Origin: Tubulanus polymorphus
Lineage: Eukaryota > Animalia > Nemertea
NCBI RefSeq assembly: GCF_964204645.1
Contig: NC_134034.1
Location: forward strand, 8,444,962 to 8,508,961
DNA length: 64,000 nucleotides
Reading direction: 5' to 3'
Both the position numbers and the translations under genes were made by a program. The notes under the pieces were generated by a model that worked only from the letters and a program-made list of their open reading frames with translations, was not told the origin of the DNA and searched no databases. Of this stretch, positions 50,534 to 60,391 are shown in pieces. How positions within the stretch are numbered: position 1 is the stretch's first letter; each line of letters begins with the position of its first letter.

Positions 50534-51995
50534 ATGGATGAAGAAATTCCATTGGATGCTTTTGGTGACGCCCCTGGTATAAGTGATGAACCACAACCTG
50601 ATTTTAATGAAACTAATATTGATAATGATGATGAATCAGCATATAATTCTAATTTAGCAGATAGTGGTTCTAAAGCCCCATCAACAGATGAATTTGATAG
50701 AAGAACTAGATCGAGAATAAATCCTGAAAATGAAAATCAAGGTTTATCAAGACAAAATTTAGAAAATATTGGATTTATATATAAGTTTCAACATGTATTT
50801 AAAGATTCTGGATATAATATAAATAATAGAGGCGCCAGACTTTTAGTACAAGATTTAAAGTTTTTAGATGGTGAATATTATTATCGTGTGAAAGAAAAAT
50901 CGGATTATTATATTAATATCTCTAATAAAAATCAAGACAAAATAGTAGCAAAATCAACTTTGCTTAAGTCTGACTCATTACTATCTAGAATTAAAAGAAT
51001 AAGTAATAGTAATGAAATAAAAGATGTAACACAAGAAGAAATTATTAAAAATAGAAAATTATTTAAACAAAGAATTAATGAATTATTTGAAACAATCAAA
51101 GATAATCCAGAAACAGAAACAACTTCTGAACAGAATATAACTTCCAAAACTAGTAAACTTAAATCAAACACTGAAGTTCAAACTGAAAAACTTTTACCGA
51201 ATGGATTACTTGATGCAACAGATCAAGAAATAGAAGCTTTAAGTATGTTTTCTAAAAAAACAATTAGAGAAATAATAAGTATACGAAATGATGCCGATAA
51301 AATTGCTCGCGAAAAACATATTAGATATAATAAAATTAAACCTTTAGAAAATAAATTATTTGACACCAGAAAAGAAATAGAACAATTAAAATTAGATAGA
51401 GAATTTAAAGTTATTGAAGAAATTGAATTTAAAAAAAGAAATGCATATTTAGAAAAAGAAATTGATGATTTAGAATATAACATAGAATTTCAGAAAGAAA
51501 AAATGAAATTATTATTAAAATCATATGATTATTGTATTAATAGATTAAAAGTTGTTGTTAAAGAGTTAATACTAAAACCAAATTCTGACATATCACTAAA
51601 AGATAGAATAAAATTATTATTTAAGTTTGAAGGAATAACAGTTCTTTCAATTCTAACTAGCTGTAACTATGTTATTTACAACAATTGGTTTAGCAATATC
51701 AAATTCACTGAAATCTACTCCTATTCCTACTCCCAATAAACCAGATAAACCTCCAGGTAATAATTCTATACAAGATAAAGTTAAGGATGGTTTAAAGAAA
51801 TTAGCAAAATATTTATGGGAACTATCAAAGAAATCTGCTGCAGCATTGCCAGGAGTTATTGCATCAATTGTTGGTTTTATATTGAAATCTGCTGGGAATA
51901 TTCTTAACTTTGCTGCTGAACATATTATTTTATTTTTAATTACAGTTGTAAGTGCTATTATTTTTGGTTTAGTTAATATGATTAAAAATAAATAA
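50534..51995 (+). pseudogene. Acidic/coiled-coil protein with C-terminal TM helices; 1-nt insertion near 51657
   Basis: CTAACTAGCTGT versus CTAACAGCTGT in copy A joins the 401-aa and 108-aa ORFs. Confidence 0.82.
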
Positions 51996-52015
51996 TTAAT
52001 TTTTTTGTTAAATAA

Positions 52016-53263
52016 ATGAGTGGGAGTTATATAAGTCCTTCGAAGAATCATAGAATATCTAATGCTATTAAAGCAGAAAGATCACATCATATAATTACTC
52101 ATAACCCTTCAAATATTAATCCCGATGAAACTTTATATGTTAGAATTCCTAGATTAACACAAAATACTTTTTATGTTCCAAATAGTATTTATTTATCAGC
52201 TGATATAAAAGTAATCGGTAATAATAATAATTATGTTGTTGATAATGTTGGAAGATATTTGATTAAAAAGTTAACAATAAAGATTGGTCCGGAAACGGTT
52301 TTCTCATTAGATGATTATAATTTATTTATGCATTATAAAGATTTATGGTTAACTAAAGAAAATAGAAATAATATGATATTTCAGGGTATTCAATCAGAAA
52401 ACCAAAATAAATTAAGATCAGAAGCTAATAGCGCAATATTAACTAATGATGTAGATAAATTGATAAAAAGTATATATGGAAACAAATATAAAATTCCATT
52501 AGACTTTGAATTGATAAATAATAATGCACCTTTATATAAATACGCAATTCAAGAAGATATTATATTTGAGATAACATTTGCTCCTGTAAATGAAATTGTA
52601 TTATCTAGCGTTGTTAAAGATATGAGTTATAAATTATCGAATATATGTTTAGAATATGATACAGTAACTGATGAAAATATTTCAAGTATAATTCAAACTC
52701 AATACAATCAAGGATTTTCATTATTATATGATTATATTGATAAATTTAAAACTGTAACTATTAATGCAAATGATGAAATAATTAATGAGAATATTAACTT
52801 CCCTAGAAGATCTATTAAAGGTATATTAATATTTTTTACCATTGGAACGTATACTAATGGCGCAATAAATGTTGATAATTATTATAATCCAGAAATAACA
52901 AAAGTAGAAATAACTATCGAAGGAATAGCGAATAAAATATTCTGTCAAGGAATGAGAATGATTGATCAATGGGTAGAAATTAAAAAACATTTTATGAATG
53001 AAAAAGTGAAATCATCTGAAAATTGTAACATTAATCAAATTGATTATTATACCGGTAATAAATATGCATTATGGTTAGATTTTAGAACAACTGAATATAA
53101 TTCATTACATGGTTCTGGAAAAAAACTACAGAACACTAAAGATGGAATACAATTATTCATGACAAAGAATAAAGGAATCAAAAATTTTAAAATGCACATT
53201 TATATTATATCTGACGCGCAATTAAATATTGTAAATTCACAATTAGATAGTGTTATGTATTAA
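52016..53263 (+). CDS. MCP: Major capsid protein (probable double jelly roll)
   Basis: 415 aa, beta-rich; ITHNPS..P.ETLYVRIP, LSNICLEYD, INFPRRSIKGIL, YYNPEITKVEITIEG; size, position and high A/B conservation. Confidence 0.78.
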   Translation: MSGSYISPSKNHRISNAIKAERSHHIITHNPSNINPDETLYVRIPRLTQNTFYVPNSIYLSADIKVIGNNNNYVVDNVGRYLIKKLTIKIGPETVFSLDDYNLFMHYKDLWLTKENRNNMIFQGIQSENQNKLRSEANSAILTNDVDKLIKSIYGNKYKIPLDFELINNNAPLYKYAIQEDIIFEITFAPVNEIVLSSVVKDMSYKLSNICLEYDTVTDENISSIIQTQYNQGFSLLYDYIDKFKTVTINANDEIINENINFPRRSIKGILIFFTIGTYTNGAINVDNYYNPEITKVEITIEGIANKIFCQGMRMIDQWVEIKKHFMNEKVKSSENCNINQIDYYTGNKYALWLDFRTTEYNSLHGSGKKLQNTKDGIQLFMTKNKGIKNFKMHIYIISDAQLNIVNSQLDSVMY

Positions 53264-53295
53264 AATTTTAACTTTAATAAAAAATCTTATATTAA

Positions 53296-54534
53296 ATGGA
53301 AGGTGGAATATATGAAATACAAACTTCAAGTGAAATGATATCAGATATATATTATATATTACCTTATGATGAATACAGTAAGTATTTTGGAGATTACTTT
53401 AATCAATTCAAATATAGAATAAGTAAAATAGATAAGAATATTGAAACAAAAATAGAAGATAATATTGAACCTAAAATAGAAGATAAGAATGAAACTAAAA
53501 TAGAAGATAAGAATGATATTGAATATAAAATAGAAGATGATATTGAACCTAAAATAGAAGATAAGAATGATATTGAATATAAAATAGAAGATAAGAATGA
53601 TATTGAATATAAAATAGAAGATGTAACAGGATATGTATCTTATAATATACCCTCTACAACATATGATATTGAATCAAAAAAGACAAATGAAAAATATTGT
53701 GACGTATGTAAACAGTATAAAAGTTATAAGAATTGGGCAACTCATCTTAATTCACTCAAGCATAAGAAAAATAAGAATAAGATTTTAAATGAATTGAATA
53801 ATGATAGTGAAATTGATAATGATAATGTTAAAGAAGATAAATATTGTGAAGAATGTGATAAATATATAAGTCGTAGTAATTTTTCAAAGCATAAATTAAC
53901 ACAGATACATTTGGATAATATAGAAAGAAATATATGTGAAAAGTGTAATGTTGTTGTATTACCTAAAGATAGAATTAAACATGATAATTCTTTTGAACAT
54001 ACAATAAAAGCTGCTGATTTAAATATCCTTTATAGAGCACCAAGTGCATTTTTTGATATCGAAAATAATGATCATAGGAAATTATATAGATCAATTTTTA
54101 TCGATTATGTAAGAAATAATCCAAAACAAGTATTATCAGATCTAAAAACTCGTCGGACGATTATAAAAATTTATCTAAATAATTATTGGAGTATACATTA
54201 TTTCATAAAATTTAAAAATATAGATTTTTTAACAGAATTGAAAAAAGTTGCTGCTAATGATAATATAAGTGATAACTTTGATGAAATAATTCAATACTAA
54301 AGTTATGAAGATTTTTCACAGGATGTTATAAATAAAATAAGAAATGAAGCAAAAAATGAATATAAAAATATAAGTGAAGACAAATTAAACCAATATATTT
54401 ATTTAACTTATGAATTCTGGGTTAAGGGTTTGAATAGTAATGGTTATCATTTTAAACTGTTAGGTGAAAGAAGATCGCAAGAATTAAGAGATGCATGGAG
54501 CAAATTGTTTTCAGAATTAGAATCAGAAAAGTAA
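53296..54534 (+). pseudogene. Zinc-finger protein with KIEDKNDIEY repeats; TAA at 54298 followed by 77 more in-frame codons
   Basis: CDVC..H..H, CEEC..H..H and CEKC..H..H; the frame stays open to TAA at 54532-54534. Confidence 0.72.
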
Positions 54535-54554
54535 TTTAAAATATTAATATAATA

Positions 54555-55172
54555 CCCTTTGTGTCTTTATTGTCTTTAGTAGGTTTAGTACTTTTAGTAC
54601 ATAAAGAATAAATCTTTATTTTATAAGTAGTGAATAAAATTATTTTTAAAACTACTAAACTACTAAAGACAATAAAGACATAAATATATATATAACACTG
54701 TTTCAATAATTATATTTATTCATCTGATGGATTTTATATATTACTGTTTCAATAATTAAATCTATTTATCACACATATTTATTATATATATCATAGATTT
54801 ATCATTTATAAAAATTATTTATATATTTTATTTTTCTAAGTACTAATTAAATAAAGATTTATTCTTTATGTACTAAAAGTACTAAAAGTACTAAAGATAA
54901 TAAAGACATAACAAACACATATAGATGTAATAAATATCATAAATTTATTTATCTTACAGATTTATTATATATATTTGATTCAGTAATGATAAATCTATGT
55001 GTGTTTGTTGTGTCTTTATTATCTTTAGTAGTTTAGTAGTTCTATTTTATTTTATTCACTACTAATAAAATAAAGATTTATTCTTTATGTACTAAAAGTA
55101 CTAAACTACTAAAGATAATAAAGACATTAGGGGAGGTATATAATACATATCTAATACATATCTAATACATAG
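54555..55172. repeat. Central nested inverted repeats at the convergence point of copy B
   Basis: TGTCTTTATT.TCTTTAGTAG.TTTAGTAC arms at ~54562 and 55011; inverse arms at ~54651, 54851 and 55068; TAATACATATC repeats next to the ATPase stop. Confidence 0.85.
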
Positions 55173-55184
55173 GTATACAAATAG

Positions 55185-55799
55185 TTATTTTATAAATTTA
55201 TATTCATATGGAAATTGTAATCTCATAAGTAATTTGGAACCTTTATCATTCTTTAATTTATTCATATATTCATCATGTAATTCAGTAGGTATAATTTGAT
55301 TTTCTTCTAATGATTGTTGCATAGATTTTCTATCTTTGTTGTAGAATAAAACTAGAAATCTTATATTCTCTCTAAAGTCTTTCACAATTGAATTATATTT
55401 CTGATTTAAAACCCATGTTGTTATCCCAAAATGTCTACCAGAGAAAGCTAAATAACATAACTCACTTTCTCTAATTTTAGAATCATGTAAATTTGCGCAA
55501 TCATCAATAATAAATAATGTTTTAGATCCTTTATAAATATCTAATGCAATTTTTATACAATTATCTAAATTATCTTTTACTGTTTTAGAATTTAATATAA
55601 TAAACTTTTTATCTTTAAAAACTATATCTCTATTATACGTTTCATTCATTTCATAAGTTGGGCAGAATAATATTATATTATCGAAATGATTTTTATAAAT
55701 AGTTTCTAATAAATCTAATATGAAGTGTGTTTTACCACAATTTGTAACTCCAGTTATTAACATATTATGTGGTTCAAATATAAACAAATCTTTATTCAT
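55185..55799 (-). CDS. A32/FtsK-like genome packaging ATPase
   Basis: GVTNCGKT Walker A, LFIIDD Walker B, SGRH arginine finger, LNQ and FREN motifs. Confidence 0.92.
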   Translation of the reverse strand: MNKDLFIFEPHNMLITGVTNCGKTHFILDLLETIYKNHFDNIILFCPTYEMNETYNRDIVFKDKKFIILNSKTVKDNLDNCIKIALDIYKGSKTLFIIDDCANLHDSKIRESELCYLAFSGRHFGITTWVLNQKYNSIVKDFRENIRFLVLFYNKDRKSMQQSLEENQIIPTELHDEYMNKLKNDKGSKLLMRLQFPYEYKFIK

Positions 55800-56877
55800 T
55801 TATTCTTTTAATTTTACTAGATAAAATCCATTCATTAAATTTATCATCATATCCTTTATATTTCACCAAAGAATATTTCTTACCGCGTAATGTTTTTGTT
55901 TTCAATACTTTTTCTATTTTGTATTCTATTTCATCTGGATTTGGTACTAATGATAATTCTTGTTCATAAAAATAACCTAATATTTCTTCATCTTTTAAAT
56001 CAAACAATTTATAAACAAATGGTTTAGTTAATATTATCTTTTTAATTTTAAATATTTCTTCTGTAAAATTAGGGGTATAACCTTTATAAAATGTTTTTCG
56101 ATATTTAGAAATTCTAACATGTTGTCCTATTTTAAATTTAGGTTCTCCAAAATCATGTGTAACAAATGCTCCATATAAATTATTCCAAACTATTTCTGAA
56201 TTTTCTTCTTTTCTAGCTTGTATAGGTTTCATATTTATAGAACTATGTTTAGAATTATTATAACCTTTCACTAAATCATCTAACACATCGATATATTTAT
56301 ATGTTTCATTAGCGGTGAAATATTTCCACATTCTAGTTTTCAATGTTTTATTAAATCTTTCTATAACAGATGCTTTTTTATCTGAATGTGTTGAAAAATA
56401 TTCTACATCGTTATCAATTAATAGTTTTTTGAAATGTTTGTTATAAAATTCTTTACCTTCATCAAATTGTATTTTATCTCGGATAGCTTCTTTAAATATT
56501 AATTTGAAAGAATTTGTAACTTCTATACCAGTTTAATTTTTAATCGGGATACTCCATGCGTATCTACTGAATATATCTATAACATTTAGTATCCAAAAAT
56601 ATCCTTTGTTATATTCTTCTAAGTTTTTCATATCAATTAAATCAGCTTGCCATTGTTGGTCAATATATGAAACCATTACTTTTCTTGTTAAATATTTTTT
56701 ATCCATCTTTTTATGAATTTGATATGTGGGTTGATTTTGTAACCATGATTTTAATTCACTATATTTCATATTGCTATTATCAGATTTAATTTTATTCCAT
56801 AATTCCGAAACACTTGAATATGACACTTCACTTTCTGGGTTGTAATATAACGCTCTTAAATATTGTTCTTTTTTCAT
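55792..56877 (-). pseudogene. INT: rve integrase with chromodomain; single frameshift near 56535
   Basis: DDE motifs QADLID, FDEGKEF and IERFN; C-terminal chromodomain. Confidence 0.93.
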
Positions 56878-56883
56878 CTTATT

Positions 56884-57270
56884 TTAATCCATTAATAATA
56901 TTTTAGATTTATTTTCATTTGATTTATGATTTGACTTATTTTCTGGTATGATAGGTTTATTGTCATTGGAATCATCTTTATCATCAGATTTGAATTTATG
57001 TTTATATATTACACCGGATAATATAATAACTGTTACTAATCCAATTGTAATATATAATTTATAATTACTTCCAGCATTAGAAGAATTAGATGGATTATTA
57101 TTTGAATCAATACCACCGTGTGGGTGCTGTACGGCACCATCAGGTGATTCATTTATATCAGTTAATTTCTTTTTCTTAGCTTTTTTTAATTCTGATGATC
57201 TTTTACCTAATTCTCTTGCCCATTTAATTTGTTTCTCTGATCTAGCCTTTTTCTTAACTCCATCACTCAT
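56884..57270 (-). CDS. Small basic TM protein
   Basis: Homologs in A and C. Confidence 0.8.
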   Translation of the reverse strand: MSDGVKKKARSEKQIKWARELGKRSSELKKAKKKKLTDINESPDGAVQHPHGGIDSNNNPSNSSNAGSNYKLYITIGLVTVIILSGVIYKHKFKSDDKDDSNDNKPIIPENKSNHKSNENKSKILLMD

Positions 57271-57865
57271 TTATTTTAGTTAATTTTTGTTCTGATTCAT
57301 TTTCTGTTTCACTGTTTGGTTGTAGTACATCTGTTTCGTTCTTACCTGATTTATATTCCATAGGTTTGATGTTCGAAAATGTAATGACACCAGTAGAAAT
57401 TAATGTCATAACCGATCCTAATTGAAATGAAGCATATCCAACCCATTTTTGTAATTCAGTCATAACTAAATAGTCATTTTTCAAATCATTATATAATTTA
57501 TTTTCATCATCAATTGGTATTAACTGGTTACATAACTTAGAATAACATTTTACAATACCATCTGAAATAGAATCATTTATTCTAGCTAATCGAGCTTCTT
57601 CATAAATCTTAAAATATTTTATTACTTTTTCTTTATTCATATTATCTAATTCTTGAAAAGTTATTGTTTTACCAATAAACTCTTTAGTTTTTCCACTCGC
57701 AATCAATAGTTCTAGATGATGCTTACAATATAAATAGTATTCATAATCTATATTGTTATTAACTTGAATAGAATTAGAAACAACTGTATCTTTATTATCA
57801 CTAATACCTAAATCATCTAATGTCTTTTCAATATCAATACTATTCTTATTAGATTTCTTTGACAT
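57263..57865 (-). CDS. Conserved Polinton hypothetical protein
   Basis: 200 aa, intact in B and C. Confidence 0.85.
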   Translation of the reverse strand: MSKKSNKNSIDIEKTLDDLGISDNKDTVVSNSIQVNNNIDYEYYLYCKHHLELLIASGKTKEFIGKTITFQELDNMNKEKVIKYFKIYEEARLARINDSISDGIVKCYSKLCNQLIPIDDENKLYNDLKNDYLVMTELQKWVGYASFQLGSVMTLISTGVITFSNIKPMEYKSGKNETDVLQPNSETENESEQKLTKINE

Positions 57866-58140
57866 TTATATTAGAGAAAAAAAGCAAAAAGAATATTATA
57901 AGTATTCTTCAAATGATACTAGTATCTCTTTAGGTTAATACTAAATTGACTAGGTTAGTTAAAGTTAAAGAATTTCTATTCAAATCTATTCAAAATCTAT
58001 TCAATCTAATGTCAATTAGAATTACCAAAAGAAAATATTAAAAATATAACAGAATTCACTAGCTAGTTGAAGTTATTGTTTTTTTATTATATTTTATTTA
58101 AATTAGGATTTAGATTATCTCACTACTATTGTCTATCTAT

Positions 58141-59260
58141 TAGGAGCAGTAATTATAACTGTCCAGATAAGTCATTTCGGATCCTCGATAATAAATCCTT
58201 AACTGAAAATAAATTCAAAGAAACGACTGGTGGAATTACTATTTCATAAACACATATATTTATTATGTAAATTTTAGCGATCGATAATAGAACAATGGAG
58301 AACAATAGAAATGCGGTCCAATCGGACCGGTTATTGCGCAATACACAGTTATATTTTTATTCTGTAAACTACAACATTCACACATAGAAATGTAAACAAT
58401 ACAATACAGAACAACCGCCGCCATTAACATCGATCAATAATAGAACAATGGAGAACAATAGAAATGCGGTTCAATAGGACCGGTTATTGCGCAATACACA
58501 GTTAACAGTAAACAATATAATATTAAAACAGATATATACAATCGAGATTACATTTTTGATATCTATATTACAAAGACCTTCAGTGTTATAATTTATAATT
58601 TTGTCCAGAATTCTTTAATTACTGGATTGTTTCCAATCATTTCTTCAATTTCTAGTAAATATCTGACTACTTCACTAAATGCTAATCCTAATATTTTGAA
58701 TTTTTCATATTTTATTAATCTACCTACTCTTCTCAGTTTTCTTTCAAAACCGGCACTGATATCTCCACTCATTTTCTTAGTTTTCGATTATTTGAGTCCC
58801 AACAGCAATTTAAGTCGCGTTGCTGGTAATTTTGGTAATTGTAGTTCGCGCGGTAATTGTTTATTATGTATTACATCACTCAGAATTTTCACCATTTCTT
58901 GATGATAGTCCAAATGTTCTTATAATTTTGTGAAGTTTGTTCGTCAATTACGAGTTTCATCCTCCATTTCTATTGATTCCTGAGTTTCACTATCCAGTAG
59001 CATCGTTCCTCATCCGTTGGTTGGCTTAGAATTTCTGGTTGATCTCTGTATTCCATTTTAATCTAAAAGATGTCGTGAAAATGAATTACTGTACTTAAAT
59101 ATGTTTAAAGGTTTCCCTACTTCATAATATATGTACTTACATTTAGATCTAGAACTGTAAACTGTGTTTTGAGAGAGAATATCCAATACGTACTATGTAT
59201 GTGAAAGTTGATTTCTAACTGCCGACGTGGCGCACGTTCGACCAAACTAATTACTTCTGC
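58141..59260. other. Copy-B-specific ~1.1-kb insertion downstream of HNH
   Basis: Flanks CACT.CTATTGT and ACAGATGTTC are near-contiguous in copy C (~62163-62200); absent from A; contains a ~70-bp direct repeat (58279-58351, 58432-58504). Confidence 0.7.
58593..59056 (-). pseudogene. Decayed cargo gene of unknown function
   Basis: TAAAATGGAA start; MEYRDQPEILSQPTDEERCYW... then, after stops and a frameshift, ...FERKLRRVGRLIKYEKFKILGLAFSEVVRYLLEIEEMIGNNPVIKEFWTKL*. Confidence 0.55.
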
Positions 59261-59394
59261 ACAGATGTTCTTTATGATGAAGTTAATTAATTCTTTAGAA
59301 TTGAAAAAAAGATATATTTGGCAACATATGTTTTAGTAGTAAGCAAAAGCTATGTATTATATACATACAAAGCTCAAATAGAATTGCCAGCTTT

Positions 59395-60060
59395 CTAACC
59401 ACTGATCAAAACCTCAGAATGCGGTTGATTCTGTGAAATACTATTCCATAATTCAACAAATGTCTTTGCTTTATCCAGTTGATCTAAATATAACTGTAAA
59501 TCTAGTTTATTGGATTTAATTATGTTTTCCTTCTTTTCTAAAGGTCTTAGATTCTTCCAATTCCAAATAAGTTTTTTATTGTATTCATCATTCATGTCAA
59601 ATTTAGAAATCGGCAACACATGATCAATATGAAAGTATTCACCATAATTATCTATATTCATTTTATCGTCGAATTGATATATTATCCATGATTTTAAGAA
59701 TTCATGTGAACAACCCAATAAATTAGATAGTGTTTTTGAATGCGTTTCTTTGTTGAATAATTGTGTTAATCTAGACCGTAAACATTGTTTCAATCTAAAA
59801 TTAAGATCTGTTTGATATCTTTCTCTCATATATTCTGCCATATAATAATTATAATGTTCTATATTATATTCTCGGTATTGTTTGGTGTATAGTTTAAAAC
59901 AAGTTTTACAGCAATATTGAAAACCATCTTTGCTAATCTTACGCTTACTAAATTCTGTTAATGATTTATCTAATTCACATTTAGAACACTTCTTGTAGTA
60001 TATGTTTATAACGCCAGTGTTATTTGTAATATTGATAATTTGTGGTTGTTCTGGTTCCAT
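59395..60060 (-). CDS. HNH-type endonuclease with zinc finger
   Basis: HIDHVLPIS..WKNLRPLEKKEN..KSNK; intact. Confidence 0.82.
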   Translation of the reverse strand: MEPEQPQIINITNNTGVINIYYKKCSKCELDKSLTEFSKRKISKDGFQYCCKTCFKLYTKQYREYNIEHYNYYMAEYMRERYQTDLNFRLKQCLRSRLTQLFNKETHSKTLSNLLGCSHEFLKSWIIYQFDDKMNIDNYGEYFHIDHVLPISKFDMNDEYNKKLIWNWKNLRPLEKKENIIKSNKLDLQLYLDQLDKAKTFVELWNSISQNQPHSEVLISG

Positions 60061-60139
60061 TTATTATACGTATTTTTTTACTAAATTGGTTAATAATTTT
60101 AGAATCCTCTTCCATTTCTTCGACCAACGTCATCCTTTT

Positions 60140-60391
60140 TCATTCCTCGCTGCTTTTGATAAGTTGTTTCGATTCCTTGATATCAAATTCCTCAACGTAT
60201 TGTTCATTATTTGGATCATTATTCCATAATTCAATAAATTTCTTTCCCTTTGTTAACTGTTCTGAATATAACTGTAAATATTCTAGTTTCAATTTATTCT
60301 CTAAATGTGTTTTAGTTTTATTGTGTCTTGCTTTTTGGGATTTATCTATACTTATCTTACATGTTGGGCAGTAGTATTTATTTGCTTCCAT
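60140..60391 (-). CDS. Chimeric mini-ORF: pPolB first zinc finger fused to an HNH-like C-terminal tail
   Basis: First 38 aa identical to pPolB of B; LQLYSEQLTKGKKFIELWNNDPNNEQYVE matches the HNH C-terminus of A. Confidence 0.6.
   Translation of the reverse strand: MEANKYYCPTCKISIDKSQKARHNKTKTHLENKLKLEYLQLYSEQLTKGKKFIELWNNDPNNEQYVEEFDIKESKQLIKSSEE

Noticed and set aside
50932-52051. Antisense ORFs (50932-51171, 51223-51483, 51653-52051; also 5930-6148, 9844-10155, 10344-10580, 58627-58902, 60002-60374)
   Set aside because: Shadows of real genes on the opposite strand; no start motif or independent support.
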